From assembly GCF_001194135.2 (NCBI RefSeq), contig NC_069008.1, positions 13,240,980 through 13,304,979 on the forward strand: 64,000 bases of DNA. The letters run 5' to 3'. This document shows, one piece after another, positions 58,941 through 64,000 of the stretch. The notes beneath the pieces are model-generated. The model did not search any database, was not told the DNA's origin, and saw only the letters and a list, made by a program, of their open reading frames with translations. Numbering within the stretch: the stretch's first letter is position 1; each line of letters opens with the position of its first letter. Both the position numbers and the translations under genes were made by a program. This DNA comes from Octopus bimaculoides. Its lineage: Eukaryota.

Positions 58941-60150
58941 ACCAACTACGATCAATTTGCAGCAGTAGAAATACTTATGATACAGCTAACACGGGTAACA
59001 ACGCCGGTTAACGGAGTCGGGACTGCCTTATATATATAAATAAATATGATAAATGCTCATGAAGAGAAAAATCAAAATGTCGTTTGATGAATCTCTGTAT
59101 AAGTACAAGTGTGTGTGTGTGTGTGTGTGTGTGTGNNNNNNNNNNNNNNNNNNNNNNNNNNNNNNNNNNNNNNNNNNNNNNNNNNNNNNNNNNNNNNNNN
59201 NNNNNNNNNNNNNNNNNNNNNNNNNNNNNNNNNNNNNNNNNNNNNNNNNNNNNNNNNNNNNNNNNNNNNNNNNNNNNNNNNNNNNNNNNNNNNNNNNNNN
59301 NNNNNNNNNNNNNNNNNNNNNNNNNNNNNNNNNNNNNNNNNNNNNNNNNNNNNNNNNNNNNNNNNNNNNNNNNNNNNNNNNNNNNNNNNNNNNNNNNNNN
59401 NNNNNNNNNNNNNNNNNNNNNNNNNNNNNNNNNNNNNNNNNNNNNNNNNNNNNNNNNNNNNNNNNNNTTCATTCTTTCGGGGTCGATAAAATAAGTATCC
59501 ATTGAACAGTGAGATCGATTTTGCCCTTTCCCCAAAAACCGCTGGCCTTGAGCCAAAATTTGAAACCAACATTAAGGAGTTGGCAGAGAAAGTGACTAGC
59601 AGCATTTCTTGCGATTTTTTAAGGTTTTGAGTTCAAGTTTCCCCAGGGCCAACTTTGCCGTACATCCTTTTGGGGTCAATAAAATAAAATACGAGCAACT
59701 ATTCGAGTCGATACAACCGACTAACTCACTTTCCACAACATTTCAGGACTTGTGTCTATAGTAGAAAGAAAGAAGGGCTATCAGAATCGAAAGCGCGACG
59801 GACAAAATGCATCGCGGCATTTCTTTCGGTTGCTTACGTGGTGCGTTCAAATCCCGCCGAAGTAAACTTTGTCTTTTATCCTTTGTGGTGTCAATAAACT
59901 AAAGTACTCACTAAATACTGGGGTTGATGTATTCATCTACCGCCTTTCCTCCAAAATTGCTGGCCTTGTGAGTAAAGCGTCGGACTAAATGCTCAGCAAC
60001 ATTTCATCCGTCTTAACATTCTGAATTCAAATTCCGCCGAGGTCGACTTAGCCTTTCATCCTTTCTAGGTTAATGAAATAAGGACCAGTTGCACACTGGG
60101 GCCGATGTAATAGACCATTCCCTCAAATTTCAGGACATGAGCCTATATTA

Positions 60151-60401
60151 TTGGGTTGGTGCATAATTATTGCGGCTTTTTTTCAACAAATTTTATTCAA
60201 TAAAAACAATAACAACATGTAACAAAAACATCTTTAAATGATTATTCCGGAGCATATTCACCATCTACTTCAATTACTGTTTCCCATTTTCTTGGCAGAC
60301 GGTCAGACCGTCATTTAAAGATGTTTTTGTTAAATATTTTTATTGCTTTTGTTAAATAAAATTTGTTGAAAAAAGCTGCAATAATTATGCACCAACCCAA
60401 T
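60151..60401. mobile_element. Mariner MITE with Hsmar1-like TIRs
   Basis: TA|ttgggttggtgcataattattgcggc ... gctgcaataattatgcaccaacccaa|TA; minus strand encodes DRLPRKWETVIEVDGEYAPE*. Confidence 0.85.
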
Positions 60402-61858
60402 AGAAAAGAAAATGATTATTTAGAATTAATAGAATCATTAGTTCTGAGTTCAAATAGTTCAAATACCGCTGAAGTCAATTTTGCCTTTTATTCTCTCAGG
60501 GGCCGATACCATCTTTAAATGATTATTCCGGAGCATATTCACCATCTACTTCAATTACTGCTTCCCATTTGCTTGGCAGACGGTCAGAGTGTTATTTAAA
60601 GATGTTTTTGTTAAATATTTTTATTGCTTTTGTTGAATGAAATTTATTGAAAAAAGCTGCAATAATTATGCACCAACCCAATAGAAAAGAAAATGATTAT
60701 TTAGAATTAATAGAATCATTAGTGCGTCGGACAAAAATACATAACGGCATTCCTCCCGGTTCTTGCGTTATGAGTTCAAATACCGCTGAAGTCGATTTTG
60801 CCTTTTATTCTCTCAGGGGTCGATAAAATAAAGTACCAGTGAAATACTTGGGAGGTCAATGCAATCAATTAGATGCTTCTTTCAAAATTAGGGACCCCGT
60901 GTTAAGTCGGAGAGAATCATTGGAAAGTCGATAGCCTAAGAACAATAACTCATGACCAGAAGAGTTATTTCCCTGGAATCGAGTGCCGGAAATCAGAGAA
61001 ATAACTATATGACGCGTTCAGTGCAGGAAAAGGGAATCTTTATCCTTCATCTTTACTTGTTTCAGTCATTTGACTGCGGCCATGCTGGAGCACCGCCTTT
61101 TAGTCGAGCAAATCGACCCTAGGACTTATTCTTTGGAAGCCTAGTACTTACTCTATCGGGATCTATTTTGCCGAACCGCTAAGTTACGGGGACGTGAACA
61201 CACCAGCATCGGTTGTCAAGCGATGTTGGGGGGGGGGGCAAACACAGACAGACAAACACACACAGACACACAAACACACACATACACACATATATATATA
61301 TATACATATATACGACAGNNNNNNNNNNNNNNNNNNNNNNNNNNNNNNNNNNNNNNNNNNNNNNNNNNNNNNNNNNNNNNNNNNNNNNNNNNNNNNNNNN
61401 NNNNNNNNNNNNNNNNNNNNNNNNNNNNNNNNNNNNNNNNNNNNNNNNNNNNNNNNNNNNNNNNNNNNNNNNNNNNNNNNNNNNNNNNNNNNNNNNNNNN
61501 NNNNNNACTATAGCCTTGAGTAAACCAGATCTTTGTGAGAGGATTTGGTTGACGGCGTCTGAAAGAAGCCCGTGATATATTTATGTATGTATGTTATCAA
61601 TCAGTTTCATTTCTGTATTTCTTGTCCATAGAGAAAGAGCCGGACTCTATGTATGTATGTATGTATGTATGTATGTATGTATGTATGTCAATCATAAGAC
61701 TGCGGCCATGCTGGGGCACCGCCTTGGAGAATTGTTAGTCGAATGAATTGGCCCCAGTACTTATTTTTTAAAGTCTGGTACATATTCAGTCGGTCTTTCG
61801 TCGAACCACTAGGTTAGAGAAACGTAAACGCACCTACAGCGGTTGTCAAGCGGTGGTG

Positions 61859-61892
<34 letters not shown>

Positions 61893-62071
61893 CGGGCTTC
61901 TTTCAGTTTCCGTCTACCAAATACACTCACAAAGCTTTGGTCGGCCAGAGGCTATAATAGAAAACACTCGCCCTACGTACCACGCAGTGGGTTTGAATCC
62001 TGAACCTTGTAGTTGGCAAGCAAGCTTCTTACCACACAGTCACGTCTGCGCCTTATATATATATATATATA

Positions 62072-62685
62072 CAAGGAGAAGTCAAAAATTATCTGCACTT
62101 TCGCCATAACACATCTTTATTATTGTTACATTGCTTTCTGCGCATGCGTGCTTATAGTTGGTACTATTGTCCTCACGTTTGAGCCTGATCGCGCCATTTT
62201 TCTTTCTGGCTTTACAGTGTAAGTGTGGCCGCTCCACTAGCAATGTGCACCAAAGAAGAACAAAGAGTAGTGACCCGATTTCTCTGGAAAATGGGTGTAC
62301 GATCAACAGTGTAAGATACAATGCTTTGCTGGCCAACAAACTGAAGCCAGTAATTCGCACCAAACACCGAAGCCTATTGTCGAAGAAAGTTTTGTTGTTG
62401 CATGACAATGCACGCATGCACACGGCTGCCAAGACCGTTGAAACCACTTGGATTTTCAGGTTCTGGAACACTCTGCCTACAGCCCAGATCTCGCCCCCTT
62501 CCGACTATCATATCTTTGGACCGCTCAAAGGTGGTTTACGAAGTCCTCGATTTCCTACGGATGAAGATGTAAAGGAAGCGGTGCATGACTAACCGAAAAC
62601 CTTCTTCTTGGAGGGAATACGCGGGCTTGTGGACTGCTGGACGAAGTGAATCGAAAAGGAAAGAGGCTATATAGAAAAACGCTAA
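62072..62685 (+). mobile_element. Internally deleted mariner (catalytic C-terminal part)
   Basis: KVLLLHDNARMH, PPSDYHIFGPLK, DEDVKEAVHD. Confidence 0.85.
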
Positions 62686-62739
62686 CCAACCAATCAGGTG
62701 TTTTCGTAGGATCTCTCATGATTTCATTGAATAACTGGA

Positions 62740-63250
62740 CTAACTTTTCGTGTGTGCACGGGAGTGAGGCGAACCAGAAACTTGGCACCTTATCATTACC
62801 AGGGGATTCCTACTTATGAGCCTTCGTGGTGTCATTCTTAGGTCTGCTATTGTGATGTCTTGTTCTGGTAAGTTTTGGTAGGATCCTTCTGTACGTCGAA
62901 TCCAGTCTGCATTTTCATTGTGAGTCCTTGCATCACTCCAGATATTTTTCCAAAAGTTTTCAACTTCTTCCATGGCAGCGGGTGGTATGTCTTCAACGGT
63001 TATTTTCTCCTTCCCTATTTCTCTGTAGAATGTTTTCGCATTGGATGTGAACAGTTTATTTTGTTTGTTTGTTAAATTTGTTTCTTTCCTCAAATTTTCG
63101 TATTCTTTGACATTTTGCTGCAGTGTTTATTTTGCTGAAAACCGTTCTTCTCTTGGTGAGAATCTATGGTTTTTCTTCATCTTTCTTCCTTTTCTGGTTT
63201 CCACAGACTAGTTCATTTAATATTGTTATTCCAACTCTCATTATTTCAAT
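62740..63250 (-). mobile_element. R4/Dong-clade pre-RT fragment
   Basis: QNKLFTSNAKTFYREIG...EVENFWKNIWS...HNENADWI. Confidence 0.75.
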
Positions 63251-63752
63251 CTTCTTCTTCTTCTTCTTCTTCTTCTTCTTCNNNNNNNNNNNNNNNNNNN
63301 NNNNNNNNNNNNNNNNNNNNNNNNNNNNNNNNNNNNNNNNNNNNNNNNNNNNNNNNNNNNNNNNNNNNNNNNNNNNNNNNNNNNNNNNNNNNNNNNNNNN
63401 NNNNNNNNNNNNNNNNNNNNNNNNNNNNNNNNNNNNNNNNNNNNNNNNNNNNNNNNNNNNNNNNNNNNNNNNNNNNNNNNNNNNNNNNNNNNNNNNNNNN
63501 NNNNNNNNNNNNNNNNNNNNNNNNNNNNNNNNNNNNNNNNNNNNNNNNNNNNNNNNNNNNNNNNNNNNNNNNNNNNNNNNNNNNNNNNNNNNNNNNNNNN
63601 NNNNNNNNNNNNNNNNNNNNNNNNNNNNNNNNNNNNNNNNNNNNNNNNNNNNNNNNNNNNNNNNNNNNNNNNNNNNNNNNNNNNNNNNNNNNNNNNNNNN
63701 NNNNNNNNNNNNNNNNNNNNNNNNNNNNNNNNNNNNNNNNNNTAGATCCTGT

Positions 63753-63995
63753 CAATATTTTTCTTGTTTTCCTGTCTATTTTAGATAGTTCGTTTAGTGT
63801 CCGGTTAAGGATGTTGTAGCTGTAACTTATAACTGGGACGGCTAAAGTGTTAATACCTATTATCTTGTTTTTAGCATTGAGCTCTGTTTTTAGTATTGAT
63901 CTAACTCGTCTATAGTATTCTTTCTTTATTTTCTCTTTCATTTGTGTGTGTTGTATCCAATCTAGTTCATTGATTCCTAAATATTTTTATGGCAG
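63753..63995 (-). mobile_element. R4/Dong-clade RT thumb fragment
   Basis: LGINELDWIQHTQMKEKIKKEYYRRVRSILKTELNAKNKIIGINTLAVPVISYS. Confidence 0.8.
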
Positions 63996-64000
63996 GCTTT

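Overview
AT-rich, gap-ridden eukaryotic draft sequence. The C2H2 zinc-finger style and repeat landscape suggest an octopod cephalopod (inference, not a database result). Protein-coding content: (i) five tandem C2H2-ZNF loci, labelled here A 1114-2595(+), B 11547-12593(+), D 19005-20204(-), C 27497-28384(+) and E 54254-55351(-), plus a 2.5-finger relic at 34018-34270(-). A/D and B/C are paralog pairs that share flanking non-coding DNA. (ii) A six-exon SPATA4-like gene (34725-47850,+; 244 aa) that the ORF track misses, with an RFX X-box and an ETS site in its promoter. The rest is transposon-derived: several tRNA-derived SINE families, RTE, R4/Dong and Penelope-like fragments, mariner elements and MITEs, a piggyBac MITE, Helitron pieces and satellites. 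The most striking unannotated signal is a set of minimal type-I hammerhead ribozyme motifs from at least four unrelated repeat families. They include a tRNA-headed, partly tandem hammerhead retroposon, recurrent A6U core variants, and hammerhead-like motifs in both arms of a 558-bp palindrome. Family and gene labels (A-F, H1-H4) are my own. Repeat boundaries are approximate unless a TSD or TIR is cited.
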